From IMG/VR virus record IMGVR_UViG_3300000868_000017: a stretch of DNA of 20,000 nt. The stretch is one strand, 5' to 3'. The notes under the pieces are model-generated. The model was not told the DNA's origin. It searched no databases and saw nothing but the letters and a program-made list of their open reading frames with translations. Within the stretch, counting starts at the first letter, position 1, and each line of letters opens with the position of its first letter. A program made the position numbers and the translations under genes. Shown piece by piece: positions 8,457 to 16,851 of the stretch. The stretch comes from an uncultured virus (IMG/VR IMGVR_UViG_3300000868_000017). Its lineage: Duplodnaviria; Heunggongvirae; Uroviricota; Caudoviricetes; Thumleimavirales; Hafunaviridae.

Positions 8457-9465
8457 AGCACTCACAGACGACGGAAACGAAATCGACCTCACGGTTCCCG
8501 ACGACCACCGTGAGAACGGACTCGAACACATCTCGAAGTCCCGAATCAAGACGTACCTCCAATGCCCGCGAAAGTTCTTCTACTCCTACTGGTGTGGGAA
8601 CCGGACGCCCGGCTCTTACCACACCGAGAAGGGGAGTCAGATTCACCGGGCCTACGAGACGTTCCACCTGAACCTGATCGAGTACGTCGAAGAACACGGG
8701 GAGCGCCCCGAGACGTATGCCGAGTTGATGGGGCCGTGGGAGGATTGGGCACAATGGCTCGAACCCCACATCCGCAACTTTTGGCAGTTCGAGGACGAGC
8801 GATGGGAGCTGGCTTGTGACTACGCCGCCGCGAAGTTCCGCGCTCTGGACGACCCCCGCGACGGGAAGAACGTGATGGAGTACGCCCTCGAAGCGTGGCT
8901 CCCCCTCGGGGTTGAAGTCGAAGGCCGACTCGAAGGCGACGACGTTCCTATCGGGAATCTTCCGTGGATGGGGTACGCCGACGCCCTGCTTCACGCCGCA
9001 ACGGTTCCCGGCGTCGAGGCGGAGGAAGGTGTGGTGATTGTAGACTACAAGACCGGGAAAGTTCAGGACGAGCAGTATCGCCACAAGGGAATCTACCTCG
9101 AAGGAGAGTTCTACGGGTGGCTGTTTGAGAACGAACTGGACTACGAAATCGCCGGGGTCGCCGGGTACTATCCACAGGAGGATGAGCTGGTCGTCAGCCC
9201 GTACCCGGACGAAGACCGGCGACACATCATCCGCAAGTCAGTCCTCGGGATGCAGATGAAGCCCGAGATCGGGAACTACGATCTCGAAACCGGCCCTCTC
9301 TGTCACTACGGTCACGGTAAGTGCTTCTTCTACGATCAATGCCCGTCGACGTGGGGGAAGAAGGGCGGAGAAGGCTACCACGGATTCGCGGAGCCTGATG
9401 GCTCTACGAAGCCGAAAGATGAGATTATCGAACACAAGCGAGAGAAGAATTGGTATCCCTACTGA
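8449..9465 (+). CDS. Cas4/RecB-like PD-(D/E)XK exonuclease
   Basis: S.S.I.TY.QCPR, G..IH, GYAD, DYKTG, and C-terminal C-x6-C-x5-C, giving 1+3 Cys like an Fe-S staple. Confidence 0.88.
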   Translation: MSKALTDDGNEIDLTVPDDHRENGLEHISKSRIKTYLQCPRKFFYSYWCGNRTPGSYHTEKGSQIHRAYETFHLNLIEYVEEHGERPETYAELMGPWEDWAQWLEPHIRNFWQFEDERWELACDYAAAKFRALDDPRDGKNVMEYALEAWLPLGVEVEGRLEGDDVPIGNLPWMGYADALLHAATVPGVEAEEGVVIVDYKTGKVQDEQYRHKGIYLEGEFYGWLFENELDYEIAGVAGYYPQEDELVVSPYPDEDRRHIIRKSVLGMQMKPEIGNYDLETGPLCHYGHGKCFFYDQCPSTWGKKGGEGYHGFAEPDGSTKPKDEIIEHKREKNWYPY

Positions 9466-9665
9466 TGGACTTCAATCTTCCTCACGACTGTACGAAGTGC
9501 GGAAAGACGTTCAACTACCTGAACCCGGAGTGTAACGACGACTACTACGTGGTTCAGAGACGGAGCGCCCGGTATCGCGGTTCTCTCAATTCAGTCGTCT
9601 ACTGTGAGAACTGCGCCCCGTTCGGGAACACGAAGATTCCCGGTCAGCTCGGGATGAATGAGTGA
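9465..9665 (+). CDS. Small zinc-finger protein
   Basis: CTKCG...YCENC, with a TGATG overlap on the nuclease stop. Confidence 0.65.
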   Translation: MDFNLPHDCTKCGKTFNYLNPECNDDYYVVQRRSARYRGSLNSVVYCENCAPFGNTKIPGQLGMNE

Positions 9666-9777
9666 CGGGGACGTATTCCTCCGGCTCTGTCTGATTCCCC
9701 TCGGTGTTCTCGTGCCGAGCTACGGACTTGGAACGATCTACGACTACCTGCGACACGAATACAATAACCGACAATGA
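9658..9777 (+). CDS. Small hydrophobic protein (39 aa)
   Basis: MSDGDVFLRLCLIPLGVLVPSYGLGTIYDYLRHEYNNRQ*. It fills the gap and overlaps both neighbours. Confidence 0.5.
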   Translation: MSDGDVFLRLCLIPLGVLVPSYGLGTIYDYLRHEYNNRQ

Positions 9778-9947
9778 CCGAAGGCAACCTCAGTTTCGTC
9801 CTGCACAACGAATCGTTCGATGACCTCGCCTCGATGCTCACGGAGTACGCTCAGATGAAGCGTGTTGTGAGACAGCACGAAGAAGCGGAGCAGGCGGAAA
9901 CCATCCGCAACACCCTGTACGCACAGCACGCTCACTCCCTCTCGTAG
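9774..9947 (+). CDS. Hypothetical protein (57 aa)
   Basis: MTEGNLSFVLHNESFDDLASMLTEYAQMKR..., with an ATGA overlap. Confidence 0.6.
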   Translation: MTEGNLSFVLHNESFDDLASMLTEYAQMKRVVRQHEEAEQAETIRNTLYAQHAHSLS

Positions 9948-9960
9948 CTGACAACTCCTA

Positions 9961-10875
9961 ATGAGTCTCACAGAATACGCAACGACCAGCGACAGCACCA
10001 GCTCACCCGACAAGATCGATGTTATAGTCACGTCCTGCGGCGGCGAGGATATGCCCCGAGCGGCCTACCGTGGTGGCTCGCTCGTGGGGATGGAAAGTAC
10101 GAAAGCCCGACCACCGGGGGAGATTCCGGTGGAGTTCGTCGATTGGCCGTTTCTTCAAGATGATCTATCGTTCGACCAGAAGTGGGAATCCCACCTCGAT
10201 GTGGTGAAGCGCGAGAAGCCAAAATATGCTGTTGCGCCTGATATTGAGGACAAGTCTTCCCTCAATTCTACTCTTGCTAAGGCTGACCAGCTTCGCCGCC
10301 ACGCAGAAATCGTCATTGTGGTTCCAAAGGGCGTCAAGCCCGACCGTGTACCCTCTCGGTTCCGCGTCGGACTCCCCGCTCAAGACCGCTTTGGTGGTGT
10401 ACCGTGGCCTGTATGGGAGTACCGTAACTGCCGAAGCGTTCACATCCTCGGTGGTAGCCCGCACCGACAATTCGAGTTATCCCACTACGTCCCCGTTCAC
10501 TCCGTTGACACCGCCTCTCCGCTGAAAGCGGCTCAATTCGGGAGTGTGTGGCAGGGCGATAAGTGGGGAGAGGACGGCTACAACTACTATGATCGCATCG
10601 AGCGGTCGATGGACAACGTCCTGCTCTCGTGGAACAAGGGCGACCGAGTTGACTCGGCGTTCCTGAACCGGCGACGGCGGGAGGTCGAACACCCACAAAC
10701 ACCCGCGATTCTCGAAAACGAGCGGAAGGCGCGACCTCCCTCTCGTGACGAACTCTGTATCGGCTCGGACGAGGAACACCCGTTCCCCGGTCGGGCGTAC
10801 TTCTACCGCGACGACACGCTCTCCTACCCCGAGTGGAAGGAGGAATACCGGGGCGAGTCCCCGGCTTGGCTCTAA
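9961..10875 (+). CDS. TGT/DpdA-like TIM-barrel protein (DUF6610-like)
   Basis: FVD...VAPD...VVPK...VG...VHILGGSP...SVDTAS follows the order of guanine-transglycosylase-like barrel motifs. The family call is from memory. Confidence 0.55.
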   Translation: MSLTEYATTSDSTSSPDKIDVIVTSCGGEDMPRAAYRGGSLVGMESTKARPPGEIPVEFVDWPFLQDDLSFDQKWESHLDVVKREKPKYAVAPDIEDKSSLNSTLAKADQLRRHAEIVIVVPKGVKPDRVPSRFRVGLPAQDRFGGVPWPVWEYRNCRSVHILGGSPHRQFELSHYVPVHSVDTASPLKAAQFGSVWQGDKWGEDGYNYYDRIERSMDNVLLSWNKGDRVDSAFLNRRRREVEHPQTPAILENERKARPPSRDELCIGSDEEHPFPGRAYFYRDDTLSYPEWKEEYRGESPAWL

Positions 10876-10940
10876 TTCTCTCTGTTTTCGGTCGAAATGC
10901 CGTCAGCATCCGCTGGCGGCGCGGCACGGAATCCAGAGAC

Positions 10941-11060
10941 ATGACTAACTGCCGAAAATGCGACAAACGAGAGCCTATTCCCGGCAAGTCGCTCTGTCCT
11001 CTCTGTTTTGAGGTGACGAAGAACGCGACGATGAGGGAAAAACAACGAGATAATGAGTAG
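10941..11060 (+). CDS. Small CxxC zinc-finger protein (39 aa)
   Basis: MTNCRKCDKREPIPGKSLCPLCFEV... Confidence 0.6.
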   Translation: MTNCRKCDKREPIPGKSLCPLCFEVTKNATMREKQRDNE

Positions 11061-11493
11061 CACACTACACGACTTCACCGACGTAGAACCGCTCGTCGTT
11101 CGAGAGATCAAGCCGCTCCGGTATCCCGACAATCCCAAGAAGTTCGTCGGATTCCTCGGCCCCTCGAACCGGGACGCGAACTGTATCGTCTGTCAGCGGA
11201 AGCGACATCCCTACTGGGAGGACGGCGAACAGAAACAGCACTTCTACCGGAAAGGCGGTGGGTACTCGTTCAGCGAGTCTACCCTTGGCCTGCTCCGGCG
11301 AGCGAATGTTACTCGAATCGTGATCGAGGAGACGGACAACGACCGTCTTCTGGAATTTAACCTCGTGGACTACGAGAAGGGCAATTTCTCGAATGAGATG
11401 GGCGACGACCCTCAGCGATTCGTCCCCGTCGATGAAGCCCTCCACGAGTGGACTGCCGCTGAATCGACCATCATCCGCGACCACAATCTATGA
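11053..11493 (+). CDS. Hypothetical protein
   Basis: 146 aa ORF overlapping both neighbours. Confidence 0.7.
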   Translation: MSSTLHDFTDVEPLVVREIKPLRYPDNPKKFVGFLGPSNRDANCIVCQRKRHPYWEDGEQKQHFYRKGGGYSFSESTLGLLRRANVTRIVIEETDNDRLLEFNLVDYEKGNFSNEMGDDPQRFVPVDEALHEWTAAESTIIRDHNL

Positions 11494-11606
11494 AGAATCA
11501 GAGTCACCAGCAAGCCGCGCCGTGCGGATGTGATAGCCCGCGAATCGCCCCTCAGGGCGGTTGCGAAACGTGCCTGAACTGCGGGTGGAGTGCCTGCCTC
11601 ATTTGA
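11490..11606 (+). CDS. Small zinc-ribbon protein (38 aa)
   Basis: MKNQSHQQAAPCGCDSPRIAPQGGCETCLNCGWSACLI*. It has an ATGA overlap upstream and ends 1 nt before the polB ATG. Confidence 0.65.
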   Translation: MKNQSHQQAAPCGCDSPRIAPQGGCETCLNCGWSACLI

Positions 11607-11607
11607 A

Positions 11608-14172
11608 ATGAAGGAAATCTACGTTACTAACACCGAACTCGTCTATGAGGATTACACGCCGAAAATCAAACTGTTCGGTCGAACTGAAGCGGGAAAGCCG
11701 GACTCGGTGACGGTGGAGAACTTCGACCCCTACTTCTACGTCCCGGCGGCGGAGAAGGGGGAGGTTGACCCGTTCGATAATGACCACATCGAGGGGTACG
11801 AAGACACCGAGTTCACCGGCCTCGTCGACGGCGACGGGCTGGCGAAGGTTATCGTCAACAACCCGAAGAAGATGGGAGAGGTTGCGTCGTTCTTCTCGAA
11901 GTCGTGGGAAGCCGACGTGGACTACACCGACCGGCTCCGAATCGACCTCGGCATCAAGACCGGCGTTCGAGTCCCCGGCGACCGGGTGACTCCCGACGAG
12001 GTCGAGCCGGTGGAGATGGACGCGCCGCCCCGCGTGATTACGTTCGACATTGAGACAGACGACCGGGGTGAAGGGTTCCCCGACTACGGGAAGGCCCGTA
12101 TCCTCTCCATCGTCGCTCACGACAACTACACCGACGAGTACGTGGGCTTCATCGACCTCGATGGTCACGGGCTTGGGGAACGCTTCCCCGACGCCAACCT
12201 CGATGCGGTGAGCCACCCGAGCGATCTCGGCCTCGAACACCTGAGTCAGCTCAAGTTCGAGCCGGACGAGCGGAAGATGCTCACGGCGTTCACCCGCTAC
12301 GTTCAGGACAAGGACGCCGACCTCATCTGCGGGTGGAACAGCAACGGGTTCGACACCCCGTTCGTAATCGAGCGGATGAAAGAGCGCGGTGTCAACGCCG
12401 ACCGCCTCTCCCGTACCGGGAACTCCTACACCGGGTACAACGGCCCGACGATTCAGGGGCGTACCTGCTACGACCTGATGGACGCTTGGAAGGACACCAA
12501 GTTCACGAAGGTCAGCGGGGCGCTCGATTCTGCCGCCGAGATGGAGTTGGACGACGCGAAGATCGAACACACGGACAAGGGGTTCTACGAGCTATACTCG
12601 GAGAACACGCAGAAGTTCCTCAACTACAACACGAAGGACGTTTTCCTGACGGTCGGCGTCAACGAAGCCGCGAACGTTCTCGCGTTCAAGAAGGCACTCC
12701 GTGATACGATTGGTCTGGACTTCGAGCAGACCACGGCTAACAACGAGTTCATCGAGATGATGATTCGCCGGAAGCTCTACAACGAGGGCTACGCCGGGCC
12801 GACCGCGACGGAGCCGGAGGACACGGGGAGCTACGACGGAGCCTACGTGTTCGACGCCTTCAACGGCCTCAAGGAGAACATCGTCGGAATTGACCTTGCT
12901 TCGCTGTATCCGAACGCGCTCTGGATGCTGAACGCCAGCCCGGAGACGAAGGTTGACCCCATCCACGTAGAGGAACACGACGACGGCCTGTACGCTGTCC
13001 TCGAAGAAGGGGGCGACCTCGTGCCGGTGGCAAAGGCCGCGAATGACGTTTACTTCCGTCTCGACTATGACGGCGTGTTCCGTGAGCTGGTGGATGAAGC
13101 TCTCCACCTGAAGGAACACGCTGGCGAGATGAAGAAGGACGACTCGCTCAGCCCCGAGGAGAAGGCGAAATGGGGAGAGGAGTATAGTGTCAGGAAGACT
13201 ATAGTTAACTCGATCTACGGCGTTTTGGGGTGGGTTCGGTTCTTCCTCTACGACGCCGATATTGCCGCCGCTGTCACCCTCACGGGGCAGGCGGTGATTA
13301 AGCGTACTGCGAAGTATGTGGACGAAGAAAGTATCGCAAATGTATCATATGGAGATACCGACTCAAATTATATAGAGTTTGATAGTTCTCTGAGCCAAGT
13401 GGAATGTCTTGAAGCCGCGAAAGAAATCACGGACACCCTCAACAACGAGGTCTATGTTGACCTCGCCGCAGAGTACGGGATGCCGACCGACCCGTGCCGG
13501 TTCGAGATCGAGATCGAGATGTACGCCTCTCGGTTCTTCATGTCCGGGCAAAAGAAGTTCTACGCCTACGTGAAGATGTGGGACGAGGGGATGGACTACG
13601 ACGCCACCCTGAAAGACGGGAAGGGGAAGTTGTCCATCAGCGGCTACCCGTGCAAGAAGAACAACACGGCTCAGCTCACCAAGGAGGTTCAACGGGAAGT
13701 CCTCGAAACCATCGTCCGTGGTGGTGACGAGAACGACATTCGCCGTATCATTCGGGAAGGGGCCGAACGCATCGACGCCTCTAACCCCGACTTCGATCTC
13801 ATCGGAATCCCCGGCGGCCTTGGAAAAGAACTGGACGACTACTCGTGGTCGGACGGGACACCGAAGGGAGCTTCGCCCCGAGCGGCGTTCTACGCTAACA
13901 AGTTCATCAAGGACTGCAACTTCGGGAAGGGGAACACGGTCAAGCGGGTGTACCTCAAGCACACGACGCTCGGAGAAGACACGCTCGATGTGATTGGATA
14001 CGAGCGGGGAGCGCAACTGGACGACCTCCGTGACCAGCTCACCGTGGACGTGAAGCGGATGCAGGACACTCTCGTTCGGAACTCGATGGTGGACATCCTC
14101 GACGCCGTGGGCATCGACGTGGACGCCGCAATCGAGGGGCAGAGTCAGACCGGACTCGCCGCGTTCTGCTAA
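11608..14172 (+). CDS. polB: Family B DNA polymerase
   Basis: ExoI FDIET, ExoII WNSNGFD, ExoIII YNTKD, pol A DLASLYPN, pol B KTIVNSIYG and pol C YGDTDS. No intein is present. Confidence 0.97.
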   Translation: MKEIYVTNTELVYEDYTPKIKLFGRTEAGKPDSVTVENFDPYFYVPAAEKGEVDPFDNDHIEGYEDTEFTGLVDGDGLAKVIVNNPKKMGEVASFFSKSWEADVDYTDRLRIDLGIKTGVRVPGDRVTPDEVEPVEMDAPPRVITFDIETDDRGEGFPDYGKARILSIVAHDNYTDEYVGFIDLDGHGLGERFPDANLDAVSHPSDLGLEHLSQLKFEPDERKMLTAFTRYVQDKDADLICGWNSNGFDTPFVIERMKERGVNADRLSRTGNSYTGYNGPTIQGRTCYDLMDAWKDTKFTKVSGALDSAAEMELDDAKIEHTDKGFYELYSENTQKFLNYNTKDVFLTVGVNEAANVLAFKKALRDTIGLDFEQTTANNEFIEMMIRRKLYNEGYAGPTATEPEDTGSYDGAYVFDAFNGLKENIVGIDLASLYPNALWMLNASPETKVDPIHVEEHDDGLYAVLEEGGDLVPVAKAANDVYFRLDYDGVFRELVDEALHLKEHAGEMKKDDSLSPEEKAKWGEEYSVRKTIVNSIYGVLGWVRFFLYDADIAAAVTLTGQAVIKRTAKYVDEESIANVSYGDTDSNYIEFDSSLSQVECLEAAKEITDTLNNEVYVDLAAEYGMPTDPCRFEIEIEMYASRFFMSGQKKFYAYVKMWDEGMDYDATLKDGKGKLSISGYPCKKNNTAQLTKEVQREVLETIVRGGDENDIRRIIREGAERIDASNPDFDLIGIPGGLGKELDDYSWSDGTPKGASPRAAFYANKFIKDCNFGKGNTVKRVYLKHTTLGEDTLDVIGYERGAQLDDLRDQLTVDVKRMQDTLVRNSMVDILDAVGIDVDAAIEGQSQTGLAAFC

Positions 14173-14633
14173 TGCCCTCCGAAAGACCGTGGCAAGATGA
14201 AGATACGCTTAGAGAAGCGTACTCGCGCCACCATTCTACCCGGAAGGTCGCAAGCGAACTCGGTTGTGGCAAGGAGACGGTGAGACGCTGGATGGAGCGG
14301 TTCGGCATCGAGCGCACCGGATTGAAGTATAGTGTTGCAGTTACAGAGCGCCCCGATGGTTACGAACAGCTCACGGTGAACATCGACGGGAAAGCGCACT
14401 CCGTACTCCACCATCGGCTTCTCGCCGTTGCGAAGTACGGGTACGACGCCGTAGTTGGAAAAGACGTTCACCACACCAACTCGATGAAGTTGGATAACCG
14501 ATTGGAGAACATCGAAGTTCTCGATCACGCCGACCACACCGCCCTACACAACAAGGAAGCCGAAATGACTCGAAACGATTTGGGTCAGTTCGTCTCCGAG
14601 AATAACAACCAATGTGTGAAACCTGCTACGTAG
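14172..14633 (+). CDS. HTH-HNH endonuclease (putative free-standing homing endonuclease)
   Basis: N-terminal HTH (STRKVASELGCGKETVRRW), then HRLLA...VHH.N..KLDNR.ENI...H...H. Confidence 0.85.
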   Translation: MPSERPWQDEDTLREAYSRHHSTRKVASELGCGKETVRRWMERFGIERTGLKYSVAVTERPDGYEQLTVNIDGKAHSVLHHRLLAVAKYGYDAVVGKDVHHTNSMKLDNRLENIEVLDHADHTALHNKEAEMTRNDLGQFVSENNNQCVKPAT

Positions 14634-14746
14634 AAGATAAGCTGAACAGCCTGCTGAATACCGGCAACGACCAAGATGTGAACACCGAGGTAATGGAGTC
14701 TCACTTCGTTGCCGCCGAGATCGGCCTCGGTCGGGTGTTAGAATGA
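14612..14746 (+). CDS. Small CxxC protein (44 aa)
   Basis: MCETCYVEDKLNSLLNTGNDQD...RVLE*. Its stop overlaps the ATG at 14743. Confidence 0.5.
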   Translation: MCETCYVEDKLNSLLNTGNDQDVNTEVMESHFVAAEIGLGRVLE

Positions 14747-15301
14747 ACGAGACAATCGCTATCGTCGGGTGTGGGGCCGCCAAGCGCGACGAAGCAAGCC
14801 GGGCGGAAGACCTCTACACCTCGAATTACTTTAGACCTTAAGCGGCGCTACGCGGAGACATTCTACGATAAGTGGGTGATCGTCTCTGCTGAACACGGGT
14901 TCGTCCCTCCGTGGAAGGAACTGGAACCCTACGAGACTCACATCGACGACCGCGACCTCGATGTGTTCGTAGACCAGCTTGCCCACGGGAATTTCTGCTC
15001 GCTGAAGTCCCCCTTCGTGGGGCTTGATTACGCCGACGAGATAGACGTTCTCGCCGGGAAGAAATACTGTGACGCTATCCAGCAGGCGGCCCGGAAAGAG
15101 GATAGCATTATGGACGAGCTGAACAGCGACCAACCTCGGATAGCTCCGAATCTCTCCTTTCCGTTTCAGGAAGCCGGGCTGTCCGGTATCGGCAAGCAAA
15201 TGTCGTGGTTGAAGACGGCGCTGGTCGAACACGTAAAGCGCCCGCCGGAGGGAAAGTACCAGACTCAAGTGAGCCTTGATCGCTACTCGATACTCGGTTA
15301 A
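14743..15301 (+). pseudogene. DUF6884-like protein split by a +1 frameshift near 14833-14838
   Basis: Frame A reads MNETIAIVGCGAAKRDEASRAEDLYTSNYFRP* (stop 14839-41). The +1 frame continues LKRRYAE...W.IVSAEHG. Joined, they give the GC..K...A.DLYTS.YF..KR.YAE...SA.HG signature. Confidence 0.7.
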
Positions 15302-15314
15302 GGCTCAAAGAAGA

Positions 15315-15352
15315 ATCTTTAAGTCTTTACTCAGCGTCTATTAGAGTGAGGA
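15315..15352 (+). promoter_or_regulatory. Intergenic repeat copy 2, TATA-type promoter for the thyX-dcd unit
   Basis: ATCTTTAAGTC-N10-GTCTATTAGA-GTGAGGA matches 140-177. Confidence 0.7.
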
Positions 15353-15383
15353 GCGGCTGTTTTGCGGAACCAGAACGAATCTA

Positions 15384-15551
15384 ATGAGATATATCACTCC
15401 TGTTACACAAGACGAACTTGCATCAATGCTCGCTGACGTTCTCAGCGACGTACTACGAAAGGACTGCCGCATCGAGGGGTTTCAGGAAACCCATCATTTC
15501 AATCCTGAACTGACCGAGATCGAGTTCTCCATCTCCTACTACCACGAATGA
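15384..15551 (+). CDS. Hypothetical protein (55 aa)
   Basis: MRYITPVTQDELASMLADVLSD..., lying downstream of the repeat promoter with an ATGA overlap on thyX. Confidence 0.55.
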   Translation: MRYITPVTQDELASMLADVLSDVLRKDCRIEGFQETHHFNPELTEIEFSISYYHE

Positions 15552-16252
15552 AAGTCGAACTAAAGACCGAATACAGCACACCGAACGCCGACGATGTTCC
15601 CGTGATTGCGGCTCGGGGAGACTACATGAGCGAATCCCTCGTCGGTAAGACCGTCGAGGATGCCCTCGAAGGGACGGACAAGACCCACGAGGAACTACTC
15701 GGTGAACTACTCCGACGCGGCCACTTCGGGCCGTTTGAACACATCCAAGCGTTCTTCGCGGTCGAAGGACTCAGCCGGTCGGCTATGGCTCAGGTAACGC
15801 GACACCGCCACATGAGCTTCGACGTTCAGAGCCAACGCTACTGCGATTTCTCTGAGAAGAACATCGTCGTTCCACCGGGCGACAAGAACAACCCCGGAGC
15901 CGACGACGTGGTTCTCGGCCAGTACGATGGCCCCGCCGAAGACTTCACCGGGGAGGACGCTTTCGAGGGACACTTCCTGAACTCAGTCGAGCTGTATGAA
16001 CGGCTCATCGAGCAAGGGATGGCGAAGGAGGACGCCCGATTCATCCTCCCCATCGGCGTGGAGGTTGACCTAACGTTCTCTGCGAACGCTCGAACCCTGA
16101 TGCACTTCTTCGATCTGCGGAAGAACATGAAGGCCCAATGGGAGGCCCGCGAGTTCGCTACTCAGGTTCTCGATGAGTGTAAGAAGTGGTCGCCGCTCGT
16201 CTTCTCCGCCTACGAAACCCACCTGAACAACAACTCGATTCGCGCCCCATGA
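15548..16252 (+). CDS. thyX: Flavin-dependent thymidylate synthase
   Basis: H..PFEH, the RHR-x7-S motif (RHRHMSFDVQSQRY), EDARFILP and AQWE.R. Confidence 0.96.
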   Translation: MKVELKTEYSTPNADDVPVIAARGDYMSESLVGKTVEDALEGTDKTHEELLGELLRRGHFGPFEHIQAFFAVEGLSRSAMAQVTRHRHMSFDVQSQRYCDFSEKNIVVPPGDKNNPGADDVVLGQYDGPAEDFTGEDAFEGHFLNSVELYERLIEQGMAKEDARFILPIGVEVDLTFSANARTLMHFFDLRKNMKAQWEAREFATQVLDECKKWSPLVFSAYETHLNNNSIRAP

Positions 16253-16797
16253 TTCTGTCTCAGCACGATATTCAGCACTCGATTAGCCGTGGCGATCTCG
16301 GGGCCGTTCGTGGCAACGGGAAGACGCTCGCTGTGGAACCTGCCTCGATGGATTTGCACCTCGGGTCGGAGCTTCGGATTCCTGCCGCGACCGGCGTGGT
16401 CGAGGTGGACGACGCCGACACTTACCCCGGTCACTACGAAAGAACCAGCGAGCTTTCGCTCTCTCCCGGCAAGTTCGCGCTGGCCCATACGGAGGAGAAC
16501 ATCACCGTCCCCGACGACAAGGTAGGAATCCTCCACGGTCGCTCGTCGGTCGGGCGGCTCGGCCTGTTCATCCACAATGCGGGCTTCATCGACCCCGGCT
16601 TCCGGGGACAGATCACGCTCGAATTGTTCAACGCCGCTCCGTACCCTATCCGTCTCCGCGATGGGATGCGGATTTGCCAGCTCGCCCTTCACGATATGAA
16701 GACGAAGCCGGACGTGGCGTACTCCGAGGAGAACGGGAACAAATACAACGACCAGACCGGGCCGACTCCCTCCCGACTCTACGAGGATTTCCGGTGA
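16249..16797 (+). CDS. dcd: dCTP deaminase
   Basis: MILS, PAS.DL.LG, GRSS.GRLG, IDPGFRGQITLE, ICQL and Y..Q. The ATG at 16249 overlaps the thyX stop. Confidence 0.93.
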   Translation: MILSQHDIQHSISRGDLGAVRGNGKTLAVEPASMDLHLGSELRIPAATGVVEVDDADTYPGHYERTSELSLSPGKFALAHTEENITVPDDKVGILHGRSSVGRLGLFIHNAGFIDPGFRGQITLELFNAAPYPIRLRDGMRICQLALHDMKTKPDVAYSEENGNKYNDQTGPTPSRLYEDFR

Positions 16798-16817
16798 GAG
16801 ATAACACTCAAGTAGGT

Positions 16818-16851
16818 ATCTTTAAGTCATATAGTACCCTCTGGTACTATA
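16818..16851 (+). promoter_or_regulatory. Partial third copy of the promoter motif followed by a 9-bp inverted repeat
   Basis: ATCTTTAAGTC (16818-28), then TATAGTACC-ctct-GGTACTATA (16830-51). Confidence 0.5.

Noticed and set aside
8449..9465. Cas4 as evidence of a CRISPR-Cas locus
   Set aside because: There are no other cas genes and no array. Solo Cas4-like nucleases are common in archaeal viruses.
11608..14172. Intein in PolB
   Set aside because: Motifs A, B and C are uninterrupted, the length is normal, and there are no splice-junction motifs.
14771..14830. Listed start MGPPSATKQ... for ORF 14771-15301
   Set aside because: The conserved N-terminal motif lies in the other frame from ATG 14743, so this start is an artefact of the frameshift.
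282..16692. Long - strand and alternate-frame ORFs (e.g. 2532-3308, 4804-5634, 8446-9225, 11599-12570)
   Set aside because: These are shadow ORFs of GC-rich, codon-biased + strand genes. They have no motifs and a non-halophilic composition.
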